Source: a virus
Lineage: Duplodnaviria; Caudoviricetes
Length of the DNA: 61,047 nt
Strand: one strand, 5' to 3'
Virus record (IMG/VR): IMGVR_UViG_3300028198_000003
Span: 1-61,047 of that record
In this document: piece by piece, positions 8,760 to 17,653 of the stretch
How positions within the stretch are numbered: the first letter of the stretch is position 1
How the letters are laid out: the number at the start of each line of letters is the position of its first letter
The notes under the pieces: model-generated
Databases searched by the model: none
Told to the model about the DNA's origin: nothing
Seen by the model: the letters and a program-made list of their open reading frames with translations, nothing else
Made by a program: the position numbers and the translations under genes

Positions 8760-9725
8760 ATGTGTGTAATAATATGTATAGAAGATGGTAAATACCCAAG
8801 TAAGTCCACGCTTGAAGACGCAGAAAGTATGAATTGTCATGGTGGTTCAATAGCATGGCTTGATAAGAATGGTAAAAAGTATTACCAAAAAGGTATCAAG
8901 GCTAAAGCAATCACTAAGATAATCAAGAAGCAACTCAAGCCCAAAGGTATTAAGACAGCAATCATTCACTTTAGGATTGCAAGTGTAGGAAATGTTAACA
9001 AGAAACTATGCCACCCGTTTGAGATATCTAATAGAGTTGATCTTAATCTAAGTGGCGAACGCATGACTACTGACTTACTATTCCACAACGGAACATGGTC
9101 AGAGTATGCAGAGGAAATGTTAGAGTTCTTAGGCAAACATAACAAGCCACTAAAAATACCATACGGTGAGTTTAGTGACAGTAGAGTGATGGCATACCTA
9201 GCTAAACGCATGGGTGTCAGAAAGATGGCTAAGAAAGTAACAGGTTGGAATAAGATAGCAGTACTCACGAGTGATGGTATCAAACGATACGGCACAGGTT
9301 GGGTTAACTTCAAAGGTAACAAGTGTAGTAATGATTACTTTGTACCAACATTAACCTCATGGAGTTATGGGGGCATGGGTGACTATAATTTTGGGGATAA
9401 GTCAGGTAGTAAAGAGTATGGTGGTGGCGAGTATCTCAATGATGAAGAAACTCTTGTAGCTGATACATTAAAAAACGTCTACGACGTTACTGATGAAGAA
9501 ATCAATGACTACTTAGCAGGTGGCATGAGTATATTTGATGTTGAAGCTATGTATGAAGCAGCAGAATTAACAGTAGCGTATGAAGATGATGGTCAGATAG
9601 GAATGGAAGAGGAACGATTGATACCTGTTGATACAGATAAACAACTGAGTTATCAAAAGAGATTAGATGAAGAGTGTGCATTGAGTGAAGCGATAGAACA
9701 TACAAGGAGAGGAGCAATATGGTAA
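8760..9725 (+). CDS. Class II (Ntn) glutamine amidotransferase with acidic C-terminal extension
   Basis: N-terminal Met-Cys; NCHGGSIA, IHFRIAS, CHPF, LFHNG, SDSR motifs. Confidence 0.85.
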   Translation: MCVIICIEDGKYPSKSTLEDAESMNCHGGSIAWLDKNGKKYYQKGIKAKAITKIIKKQLKPKGIKTAIIHFRIASVGNVNKKLCHPFEISNRVDLNLSGERMTTDLLFHNGTWSEYAEEMLEFLGKHNKPLKIPYGEFSDSRVMAYLAKRMGVRKMAKKVTGWNKIAVLTSDGIKRYGTGWVNFKGNKCSNDYFVPTLTSWSYGGMGDYNFGDKSGSKEYGGGEYLNDEETLVADTLKNVYDVTDEEINDYLAGGMSIFDVEAMYEAAELTVAYEDDGQIGMEEERLIPVDTDKQLSYQKRLDEECALSEAIEHTRRGAIW

Positions 9726-10003
9726 CTAACATACAATCAATATACCCACAAAGTATGATAAGTAGAACACTATTAAAGGCACACAACAACCAACAAAATA
9801 GTATACTATGTCCGTACTTGGCTATTGCATTGGAAACAAACTTCATTAATGAGGATTACATTAGAATGTTCCCTAGTCAATTTGGTAGAATGTCAATGAG
9901 AAAAATCATAGACCACTTAGGTATGACTGAGTTTAATTCCAATAAGATTTGGCGTATGATTGAAGATGGTTATACTCTTGAACAAATATCGAGGAGTTTT
10001 TAA
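9719..10003 (+). CDS. Hypothetical protein
   Basis: ORF track; SD ggagga upstream. Confidence 0.7.
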   Translation: MVTNIQSIYPQSMISRTLLKAHNNQQNSILCPYLAIALETNFINEDYIRMFPSQFGRMSMRKIIDHLGMTEFNSNKIWRMIEDGYTLEQISRSF

Positions 10004-10106
10004 ATGAAGATGAATAACATAAGAATGATAACATTGCTACATAACTATGGGTATAGTCATAGACAAATTGATAGAATGATAGCATGGAATAAATCAGGAG
10101 TGACTG

Positions 10107-10250
10107 ATGATTGTTAGGTGTTCGCTTTGTGGTATGGAATTACCTATCGAACCACCCAGATTATCTAGGCACAATGAATGGCATCGTAAGGCGTGGGTAC
10201 AGCATAGGAATACTACTAACGGTACTCCTGAATGGTATGTAGTAGATTAA
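10107..10250 (+). CDS. Small C2H2-type Zn finger protein (CSLC...HNEWH)
   Basis: Translated by hand, 47 aa; SD-like ggagtg upstream. Confidence 0.6.
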   Translation: MIVRCSLCGMELPIEPPRLSRHNEWHRKAWVQHRNTTNGTPEWYVVD

Positions 10251-10254
10251 ATAT

Positions 10255-10740
10255 TATATTAAATTGCAATGTAGGTAAAGTATGTAGATACATCATGCCT
10301 ATGTTTATGACAACGGTAGGGTATATTATTTGGGGAAACATATACCCTGCCTACTTTTACCATAGTTCATGACGTGAACCTCTCAGGAGTAAGAACATAA
10401 AGTCATGACCTACTTAACACCCAGAGTTGTACACGACTACTGGGGGGGAGTAGAGTATAGCCCATGTGTAAGTTGAGGAATGGGTTTTACATATTATAGT
10501 TAACTAAGGAGATCTGAAACATCTTGGGAGTGGAACAACGACAGTTGTGTAACAACACTACAAGCGATAACAGTTGCCTTGTTAAACAACGTATTAGGAT
10601 AGGATTAGGAAGATATACTTGAGGTGTCTTACCAACTAAGTTTGGAACCAATGATAGTAATGACCTGATCAACATGCATAGACGTTAGTTAGTACATGGG
10701 CTTCCCATAAGAATAGCATAACTGAGATTAACAACGGTGC
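10255..10740 (+). ncRNA. Putative structured non-coding RNA(s) (RNA-3) inside the early operon
   Basis: ~490-nt gap with no long + strand ORF in a tightly packed operon. Hairpins ggtagggtatat/atataccctgcc, tcatgac/gtcatga, cccag/ctggg. Long-range pairs agcccatgt ~10459/acatgggct ~10694 and taactaa/ttagtta. Confidence 0.55.
10422..10438 (+). promoter_or_regulatory. Conserved motif CAGAGTTGTACACGACT, copy 1
   Basis: Identical 17-mer at 12082-12098; partial copies at 16217-16246. Confidence 0.6.
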
Positions 10741-10743
10741 AAC

Positions 10744-11127
10744 ATGATGAAACATGATAAAGAAACTGTCAAAGACAGGCATATATTTAGTCATCAAGAG
10801 TGTGGCTGTATAAATTGTTACAGGCATACTCGTGACATATTGATTGCTGAATTAGAAAGCCTTTGTATCATTGACGTACAAAAAGACCCCAATATAATGA
10901 GGTTGAGTGAGAAATTTGCTGACGCACTACCAAATAGTGAAAACGCTGACATTCCTCACATATCAAACGAAGATATTTGGGGAACACTGATAATGCGTTT
11001 CAATCAAACTGAACCTGACGCCATTCAAGACTATGGCATAATTATACGAATGGTGATAGATGTTTTGATTGAGACTCACAGAAACAATACTACAAACAAA
11101 CATGGAGGTGATATGTATGGAGTATAA
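10744..11127 (+). CDS. Hypothetical protein (HxxCGCxxC motif)
   Basis: ORF track. Confidence 0.7.
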   Translation: MMKHDKETVKDRHIFSHQECGCINCYRHTRDILIAELESLCIIDVQKDPNIMRLSEKFADALPNSENADIPHISNEDIWGTLIMRFNQTEPDAIQDYGIIIRMVIDVLIETHRNNTTNKHGGDMYGV

Positions 11128-11248
11128 AACAAAAAAACCAACTTACAAACAAGCCAAGAAAGCATACGAAGTATATCAATCAGGTATGAGTAATGGTGGA
11201 GAATTTTGGGATACGTTAGCACAGTATTTCAAAGGAGAAGAAGCATGA
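11117..11248 (+). CDS. Hypothetical 43-aa protein
   Basis: Translated by hand; ggaggtg SD upstream; ATGA overlap with the next gene. Confidence 0.55.
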   Translation: MEYKTKKPTYKQAKKAYEVYQSGMSNGGEFWDTLAQYFKGEEA

Positions 11249-11523
11249 ACCACGAACAATGGGTAAACGCTATCAAATCTAAGAAATCAGTCAGATTTAC
11301 TGAGGAGTTTTTGACTTCATTAACTCAGATTGGTATGGATAAAATAGAACCGTTCAAATATCTTGGAAGCAGTATGACAACAAGAGAAATGCATTTAGTA
11401 GAATGTAAGATGGTTGATTTCTTATCAAACAAACCAACACTAACTAACTCAGAACTATCAGTGTTACAATCATTGTTATGGGACGAGAAGAAGTTTGGTA
11501 TAATGAAAGAGGTGAAAGAATAA
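11245..11523 (+). CDS. Hypothetical protein (start MNHEQW)
   Basis: ORF track, start refined from the overlap and SD. Confidence 0.65.
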   Translation: MNHEQWVNAIKSKKSVRFTEEFLTSLTQIGMDKIEPFKYLGSSMTTREMHLVECKMVDFLSNKPTLTNSELSVLQSLLWDEKKFGIMKEVKE

Positions 11524-11702
11524 TGCAAATACAAAGTTGCAATACAAACACACCTGAAAAGGTATACGAGACTACGTTAGAATCGTGTACCTGTGGTGAC
11601 TGGCGATACAAAAAGTCAGTAACAGGAGAGTTGTGTAAACACCAAAAGATGTTGTGTGATGAAGCCCCACCAACAGTATCAGAAAGAACATGGAGGGAAT
11701 AA
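11523..11702 (+). CDS. SWIM-type Zn finger protein
   Basis: Y-x-T...CTCGDW...CKHQ (CxC..CxH). Confidence 0.7.
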   Translation: MQIQSCNTNTPEKVYETTLESCTCGDWRYKKSVTGELCKHQKMLCDEAPPTVSERTWRE

Positions 11703-11905
11703 TGACTGAGAAATGTTATGTGGTTGTAAGAGATACTGAAATTCTTCAATGTCTTGAAGAATATTACACATTAGATAATAAAGACGAGGCTAATGGTTTC
11801 ATTCTTGGCTTGAAAGTTGCAAGTAAGTATTATAATGACAAACTGGTGAGAGTTGAGGTAAATGAACCAGTAGAACCAGTAGAAGAGGAGATAGACAGAA
11901 CATGA
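11702..11905 (+). CDS. Hypothetical protein with acidic tail
   Basis: ORF track; start MTEKC after SD ggaggg. Confidence 0.6.
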   Translation: MTEKCYVVVRDTEILQCLEEYYTLDNKDEANGFILGLKVASKYYNDKLVRVEVNEPVEPVEEEIDRT

Positions 11906-12075
11906 CTGAGACATTCAAGTGCACCAACTGTGAAGAGTTGTTTAACATTGATGATGAGAATTACAGCAACGAACTTGACAACTCATACTGTGACTCATGC
12001 TGTGATGCAATGGAAGAAGACGAGCATGCGGCAAAGGTTGACCACATGATGGGTGTGATGGAGGACAGGGATTAA

Positions 12076-12135
12076 CATGTGCAGAGTTGTACACGACTGC
12101 TGCACACATACCCACACTGACATACGTGTTAGGTG
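12076..12135 (+). promoter_or_regulatory. Intergenic double hairpin containing motif copy 2
   Basis: tgtgcag-agttg-taca-cgact-g-ctgcaca followed by ccac..ctgaca/tgttag gtgg. Confidence 0.55.
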
Positions 12136-12141
12136 GAAAGT

Positions 12142-12390
12142 ATGACTGATATAACAAAACAAAAGACATGCCCTAACTGTGAAGACCAAGACTGTGAGAT
12201 AGATATGGACTTATGTGAAGGCTGTGAAAGATGTAAAACCTGTTTTGGTACAGGTATACAAGAGTATCAAATAGCAGTAGACGACTTTAAAGAAATGGGT
12301 TGTGAAGACTGTGGATATGATCCTAATGATAGTGACGATGCGTATGACGCATGGAAAGATGATCAACTTACGGAGAGTAAAGATGATTAG
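12142..12390 (+). CDS. Small acidic Cys-rich protein (includes DnaJ-like CxxCxGxG)
   Basis: CPNC, CEGC, CKTCFGTG, CEDCG. Confidence 0.65.
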   Translation: MTDITKQKTCPNCEDQDCEIDMDLCEGCERCKTCFGTGIQEYQIAVDDFKEMGCEDCGYDPNDSDDAYDAWKDDQLTESKDD

Positions 12391-12597
12391 ATACATGTTC
12401 ATGGACATACTTGACATGTCACCTCGTGGTAGATTCCAAGATGAAGATGATGAGGAAGATGAAGATGAGGAAGATGATTGATATGGATAAATGTGTAGAA
12501 TGTGGAAATGAAAAACCAATAGAAGAAATATTATGTTTACATTGTTGGTGTTTACAAAATAATTTTCCTTGTGAATGTAGGGAGGAAGATGAGGAAG

Positions 12598-12807
12598 ATG
12601 AGTAAACATATAGATATTTCTTTACCCAAATATAAATGGGGTAAATGTCATTGTCATGATTGTGATGAAGATGATATTATGTGGCAAAAGTCTAAAGTAT
12701 ACATTCCTTTACCTGATAACGTAAGACCAAAGAGTTCTTTAAAAATGGTTGATGAATTGAGTAGTAATAATCGTACCCACACCAATTATATTGGGTGGAG
12801 AGTATGA
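12598..12807 (+). CDS. Small Cys-rich protein (CHCHDC)
   Basis: Start MSKHID inside ORF 12571-12807. Confidence 0.55.
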   Translation: MSKHIDISLPKYKWGKCHCHDCDEDDIMWQKSKVYIPLPDNVRPKSSLKMVDELSSNNRTHTNYIGWRV

Positions 12808-13748
12808 CAGATACTATGGAAAAACAATTTATCGAGTCCATAAAACCGACTCAAGTAGATCCATCAGCTAGGACATATAAAGTTCCTACTGCTGAGATAG
12901 ATTACACTAACTATCTTCCTACAAAATGGGGAGTGGAATACGTGCAACTATCTGACGAAGCAGATGAACTGGAAGCCTGTCTTTTAAAAGGCATGAACTA
13001 TCTGATTGAAGGAGACAAAGGTTTGGGTAAAACCCAATTAGTACATAACCTATGTTTCAAACATACATTACCAATCGTCCCCATTAATTGTTCTGAAGGA
13101 ACAAAGATAGGAGACTTGATAGGTAGACCTCAGATTAATGAGTTCGGAAGTTACTTCCAACTTGGTGTACTACCAACAGCTATCGAGGTAGCAAATAAAT
13201 CTGAGCATAAGATAGCAGTTTTATACATGGACGAGTTCAATGCAATGCGTCATGAGATACAGAAGGCAACCAACTCTGTGACTGATGATAGAAGATCAAT
13301 CGTTGCAAACGGTACGACATACCGACTCAATAAAGGTGTAAAACTTGCAGTGGTTGCAACAATTAACCCAAGTACCTACGCAGGTGTCAACACATTAACT
13401 GAAGACACTAAGAGTAGATTCATTGGGGCTACGTGGGACTATCCATCTAGTGAAGACATGGAAAGAATTATTAACTGGAGTGGCATACCTGTTGATACGG
13501 TTAAAGAACCAATGTTAACACTCGTACAAAACATTCATAACTTGAGGATCAACGCAGATGTTGAGTACTCATTGTCACCTAGAGATGTGGCACAGTTTAC
13601 TGACTGTTATAGAATGTGGACAGATTCACCACTCAAAAAACCACTTGAAAGAAGTTTGAATAACGCAGTACTTTCAAAGTTTGGTGACACAACACAAAGA
13701 ACATTGATTAAGAAACAGATCATTGAGATATTTGGAGTGACCGTATAA
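12795..13748 (+). CDS. MoxR/CbbQ/CobS-like AAA+ ATPase
   Basis: Walker A GDKGLGKT, DLIG, Walker B LYMDEFN, ATINP..YAG, SRF, SPR motifs. Confidence 0.9.
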   Translation: MESMTDTMEKQFIESIKPTQVDPSARTYKVPTAEIDYTNYLPTKWGVEYVQLSDEADELEACLLKGMNYLIEGDKGLGKTQLVHNLCFKHTLPIVPINCSEGTKIGDLIGRPQINEFGSYFQLGVLPTAIEVANKSEHKIAVLYMDEFNAMRHEIQKATNSVTDDRRSIVANGTTYRLNKGVKLAVVATINPSTYAGVNTLTEDTKSRFIGATWDYPSSEDMERIINWSGIPVDTVKEPMLTLVQNIHNLRINADVEYSLSPRDVAQFTDCYRMWTDSPLKKPLERSLNNAVLSKFGDTTQRTLIKKQIIEIFGVTV

Positions 13749-15551
13749 ATGGTTCTACCATCATCTACTGATGTCACTCTTAATGTCAATGACTTTTTAT
13801 CTGAGCAGGAATATGACAGAAAGAAAGCAGGGATTATATCTCGTGTAGTTAACACGCCTATTGAAGTTGACTATCAAAGAGATCTAAACTGTGCTTACGA
13901 ATTAAATGATAAAGTAACAGGAAAAAGATCAGGGTTCAAAGTTATCAAAGCAAAACCTAAACTAAAAGGTATTGATGGTAACACAGCAATGAATCATGAA
14001 TTGGCACACGTTCTGTTCGATTCATTTGATCCCAAAGCACTTCAAACATTAAAAGACTGGGCATTTCAATGGGGTGCAGAAAACTCAAACGAGTATAGAA
14101 GAGCCTTTAATATATATCATACAGCAATGAATGTGATTGAAGACCAACGCATTGAGTCATTGTGGGGCAAGATATACTTGGGTAACTTTAGAGACTTTCA
14201 AAGAGTGAGAAAGAAGTTAGGTAAAGAACTAACATTCATTGACCACCCATCTGCTGTACTATTGGCAGAGAGATTCTTTAGACCTGACTTGGTAACACCA
14301 AGCAAGTATGCACACGTGGCACCGTTCATACATGATGTTGAAGGTAAGGATCTTAAAGCCACTATGATTGTCATGAATCGTATAAAACAATACCTTGATG
14401 ATAAGATTAAAGACATGGAAAAAGATGCTGAAGAATACAAAGACCAATCTGACAAGTATAACAAATGCAGCAGTGATGTATCAGATTCTTCTGATGAAGA
14501 ACAGAGAGCAAGAAGAGTTAAGGAAAGAGACTTTGAATATGACAAAGTAAAAACGATGAACAAAGAGATATCTAAGGACAATAATCCTGTTCAAATAGAA
14601 AGACGGGCAACACCTAGATTATCAAAACATGCACAAAATGCAGAATCACTGTATGGACTTGAAGATCTTGGAGCAGGAAAATATGAAGAGGCATTGGAGG
14701 AGGAACAAGAAAATGCACAACAAAAACTACAAGCAATCAAACAGAGTATGGAAGGATCAGATATGGTTAAAGTCCCATCATATATTAGAGACAAACCAGT
14801 AGACAAAACAGGTGGATTTAAACCTGTTATTGACAACCATATTGTTGCACAATTTAAAAGATTGTTGCGATCCTTCAAAGAAAAGACGCATGAAGACGCA
14901 AGTGATGAGGGATATGACTTGGACATTGGCGAATACATTAACATGAAAGCCAATGGATATGGTGATTGCTTCATAGAGGACAAAGACACCAATGGTCTAT
15001 CAATAATGTTAAGTATTGATGGCTCAGGTAGTATGAGAGATCACAACCCAATGGTTGCAAACATGGTAGCAACTATGCAAGAAGCAACCAAAGACCAAAA
15101 AGATATAGAAATAAAGACTATGGTTTGGTCGTCAGATCGTACAGGTAATGTAGCGATACAAAGGTATGAATCAGAAGATATTAAATATCTACCCACTCAA
15201 CGAGGTGGATACACACCTACACACTTTGGTATTGAAGCAGGCTCAAGAGAACTTGCAAAGATGAATGGTAGAAGAAAACTATTGATAGTAATTACCGATG
15301 GATTTCCAAACTATCATAACAACGGTACCAAAGTTAGAACAGATGCAACAGTGAGTGCAACAATTAAAGCCTACAAGAAATCAATGAGAACAACACCAAA
15401 CATAGCAATAGTTGGAGTTGGATTCTTAAATGTTGAATACATGAGAAGAATGTTTGGAAACAAATATATATCCTGTAGGTCTATGAAAGAAGTAGGACAC
15501 TTTATGACCACAACACTTAGTAGAGAAATAGTCCGAGTTATGAAACGATAG
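13749..15551 (+). CDS. vWA-domain protein (CobT/NorD-like partner) with N-terminal HExxH
   Basis: HELAH, NVIEDQRIE, MIDAS DGSGS, GYTPT, LIVITDGFP. Confidence 0.9.
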   Translation: MVLPSSTDVTLNVNDFLSEQEYDRKKAGIISRVVNTPIEVDYQRDLNCAYELNDKVTGKRSGFKVIKAKPKLKGIDGNTAMNHELAHVLFDSFDPKALQTLKDWAFQWGAENSNEYRRAFNIYHTAMNVIEDQRIESLWGKIYLGNFRDFQRVRKKLGKELTFIDHPSAVLLAERFFRPDLVTPSKYAHVAPFIHDVEGKDLKATMIVMNRIKQYLDDKIKDMEKDAEEYKDQSDKYNKCSSDVSDSSDEEQRARRVKERDFEYDKVKTMNKEISKDNNPVQIERRATPRLSKHAQNAESLYGLEDLGAGKYEEALEEEQENAQQKLQAIKQSMEGSDMVKVPSYIRDKPVDKTGGFKPVIDNHIVAQFKRLLRSFKEKTHEDASDEGYDLDIGEYINMKANGYGDCFIEDKDTNGLSIMLSIDGSGSMRDHNPMVANMVATMQEATKDQKDIEIKTMVWSSDRTGNVAIQRYESEDIKYLPTQRGGYTPTHFGIEAGSRELAKMNGRRKLLIVITDGFPNYHNNGTKVRTDATVSATIKAYKKSMRTTPNIAIVGVGFLNVEYMRRMFGNKYISCRSMKEVGHFMTTTLSREIVRVMKR

Positions 15552-15565
15552 GAGGTGATAATGAC

Positions 15566-15889
15566 ATGGATAAAATAGAAATCAAAAAACAAGAAGATAG
15601 GTTACGAAAGAAATTAGTAACACAGTTAGGTAACATGCAGTACATGTGGATACCAAAACATAGAATGACTACTGAAGAAATACAAGGGTTAGATCAACTT
15701 GAACTGGAATCACAACATAGAAAACATTCAACTCTATGGGTTGAGTACAAAGTTAAACCAGTAGCACCAGTAGTATGTTTGTCTTGTGGGGTACAAACAG
15801 GTAAGTATGAGAATCACTTACTTAACGACCAAGACAAAATGGAATGGTATAATGATGAGTGCCAAGAATGTATGAGTGATAATTATTAG
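15566..15889 (+). CDS. Hypothetical protein with CxxC pairs
   Basis: ORF track; ggaggtg SD. Confidence 0.7.
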   Translation: MDKIEIKKQEDRLRKKLVTQLGNMQYMWIPKHRMTTEEIQGLDQLELESQHRKHSTLWVEYKVKPVAPVVCLSCGVQTGKYENHLLNDQDKMEWYNDECQECMSDNY

Positions 15890-15905
15890 TCACTCATATT
15901 TTTTT
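15871..15905 (+). terminator. Hairpin plus T-tract closing the + operon
   Basis: tatgagtga-loop-tcactcata followed by T7. Confidence 0.6.
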
Positions 15906-15911
15906 ATATTT

Positions 15912-16265
15912 AATTGCGTCTTGATTGTTGCTCAACAGTTTCGTAGTATCAATTTGTAGGGGCTAATCAGTGTGTGAATTGACACAATCTTAGAAATCTA
16001 AATAAGATGAAAAGATACGGTGACTGATCATCACCAAGCTGGTGTATCTCCTTTATATGAGTTAGAACCTTCGGGTAAAGTACTCTTGTGCTGCTTAGAT
16101 AAAGGAGTTCCCAGTCTTTTAGCTACAGGGATTACATATCCCACATGAACGAGGCGTTTTCAGAATGGGCTTGAGGCTCATTGTAGAACAGGCACGCCTA
16201 CCTACATACAACAAAAAGTTGTACACGAAAATTTGTACACAACTCTATTTGGCAAAATAGGGTTT
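15912..16265 (+). ncRNA. Putative structured non-coding RNA (RNA-2); strand not certain
   Basis: ORF-free. Closing stem tgtagg/cctaca; stems agatac/gtatct, ggtga/tcacc, ctcctttat/ataaaggag, aggcgt/acgcct, aatgggc/gctcatt; acc-TTCG-ggt tetraloop on +. Confidence 0.6.
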
Positions 16266-16309
16266 TTTCTAAGCGAAACGCTTATATTACATTTATGTAT
16301 ATAGCAAAT

Positions 16310-16615
16310 ATGACTAACATATTTGTTTATGGAACTTTATTAGATGATACAGTAAGAGGTAGGGTATTAGGTAAAGATATTAAAGGAAAATCCGATACCT
16401 TAGAGGATTATATCATTGATACTCACAGTGTACTTACAAGTTATCCTACTATTGTACAACAAAACAGAGGATTTGTTAATGGCAAGTATTTTGACGTTGA
16501 CATGGAAGATATTAAGAAATTAGACCGTTATGAAAGTGAATACTATAAAAAAATAGAAGTTAAGTTAAAAAGTGGTGTTGATACTTTGGTATACACTGAA
16601 CGTATTTACATGTAA
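16310..16615 (+). CDS. Gamma-glutamylcyclotransferase (AIG2/GGCT family)
   Basis: IFVYGTL, YP, VNG, LDRYE..Y signature. Confidence 0.9.
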   Translation: MTNIFVYGTLLDDTVRGRVLGKDIKGKSDTLEDYIIDTHSVLTSYPTIVQQNRGFVNGKYFDVDMEDIKKLDRYESEYYKKIEVKLKSGVDTLVYTERIYM

Positions 16616-16827
16616 TTAGCCCAAGACATAGCATAAATTAATTTTTCCTCTTGATCTTCATCTAAATTTTCATCTTCTATTGCTGCATGAATCAATTCAT
16701 GTTGAATTGTACTTAAAATATCCTCTAAACACTCATGTCTATCCAAATATATGACTATTCTCTTGTTTTCAGAGTAATATATCCCTCTTTCTCCATGTCC
16801 TAACACTTGCATGCTTACTGTGACCAT
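16606..16827 (-). CDS. Minimal HExxH zincin-like protein
   Basis: G-x-Y...I-x-I...TIQHELIHA...EE. Confidence 0.7.
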   Translation of the reverse strand: MVTVSMQVLGHGERGIYYSENKRIVIYLDRHECLEDILSTIQHELIHAAIEDENLDEDQEEKLIYAMSWANYM

Positions 16828-16882
16828 AATATTACTATCTCTATAAAATTATAAAGATTTTGATTGATATAGAGTATATATA

Positions 16883-17284
16883 CTAATGTATACCTGCATG
16901 TTTAAATGCTTCCAGTACTTCACGCATGGATTCATCACATCTATTGTCTTTAAATACGTTAATACAGTCATAATGATTAATATCAACTACTTTAATATCA
17001 TTCCATTCCAATGTCTTTTTTTGAACCGTATCACGCTGACTCATACCTATTCCAGTATGTCTAGCGTCCTGCACACGTACAGCGATTATAGGATCAGTAT
17101 AAATTACTATATCTATGGTTTCTTTTTCTTGTCTACCTGATACTGTATCTTTCCATTCACCTTTTAACAGGTCTTTGAACTTGACCTGAATCTTTACTTC
17201 TGCCTCTGGAAACAACTGTACTACATGATCAAATACAACATACTCACCATGTCCTATGAAATTACCCTGTTTATCTATTTCCAT
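16883..17284 (-). CDS. Putative PD-(D/E)xK / Vsr-like endonuclease
   Basis: GE..V, IDIVI, IAVRVQD..H, RD..QK pattern. Confidence 0.55.
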   Translation of the reverse strand: MEIDKQGNFIGHGEYVVFDHVVQLFPEAEVKIQVKFKDLLKGEWKDTVSGRQEKETIDIVIYTDPIIAVRVQDARHTGIGMSQRDTVQKKTLEWNDIKVVDINHYDCINVFKDNRCDESMREVLEAFKHAGIH

Positions 17285-17314
17285 AATTATAATTTGTTTG
17301 TTACAATATAAGTC

Positions 17315-17653
17315 TTAGTACTCTCTTGTGTAAACGTTCCACTTGCCTTTCTCTCCCTTTACATTCATTGACAGTACCTTGATGTTCTTGTGATCCTTTG
17401 CAAACTGTTTCAAAGGTTTTTCCTTTGCCCATGCGTTTGTTTTTATCTGCAGCATGATTATATTATTGTCATGGTCAAAACATATACCGTCAAAAAGATT
17501 CCACAAGTCCAGTGCCCTGTACCATTCGCCCACAGTATATACCAAGTCACTGCGTCTAGTGTGTGACTTTAGCCATATCTCGTCATATCCGTTCTTTAAC
17601 AGCCACATGACAGATTTCCTGTTAGATGCTCTCATACGTTGTCTAGGGTTCAT
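17315..17653 (-). CDS. Holliday junction resolvase-like (Hjc-type PD-(D/E)xK) nuclease
   Basis: L.KNGY, DLWNLFDGIC, MLQIKT. Confidence 0.7.
   Translation of the reverse strand: MNPRQRMRASNRKSVMWLLKNGYDEIWLKSHTRRSDLVYTVGEWYRALDLWNLFDGICFDHDNNIIMLQIKTNAWAKEKPLKQFAKDHKNIKVLSMNVKGEKGKWNVYTREY

Noticed and set aside
8760-9725. GATase as an archaeosine-forming (GAT-QueC-like) partner of the DpdA-like gene
   Set aside because: No QueC domain, it lies 20 kb away, and it is tightly coupled to the amidoligase; less parsimonious.
12795-15551. CobS/CobT cobaltochelatase as a cobalamin auxiliary metabolic gene
   Set aside because: No CobN or other cob genes. MoxR AAA+/vWA pairs are common viral chaperone modules, so a cobalamin role is unsupported.
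6807-15951. Invertible segment or transposon bounded by inverted repeats
   Set aside because: No recombinase or transposase recognised, and the left copy is interrupted by 66 nt at a hairpin. Not fully excluded.
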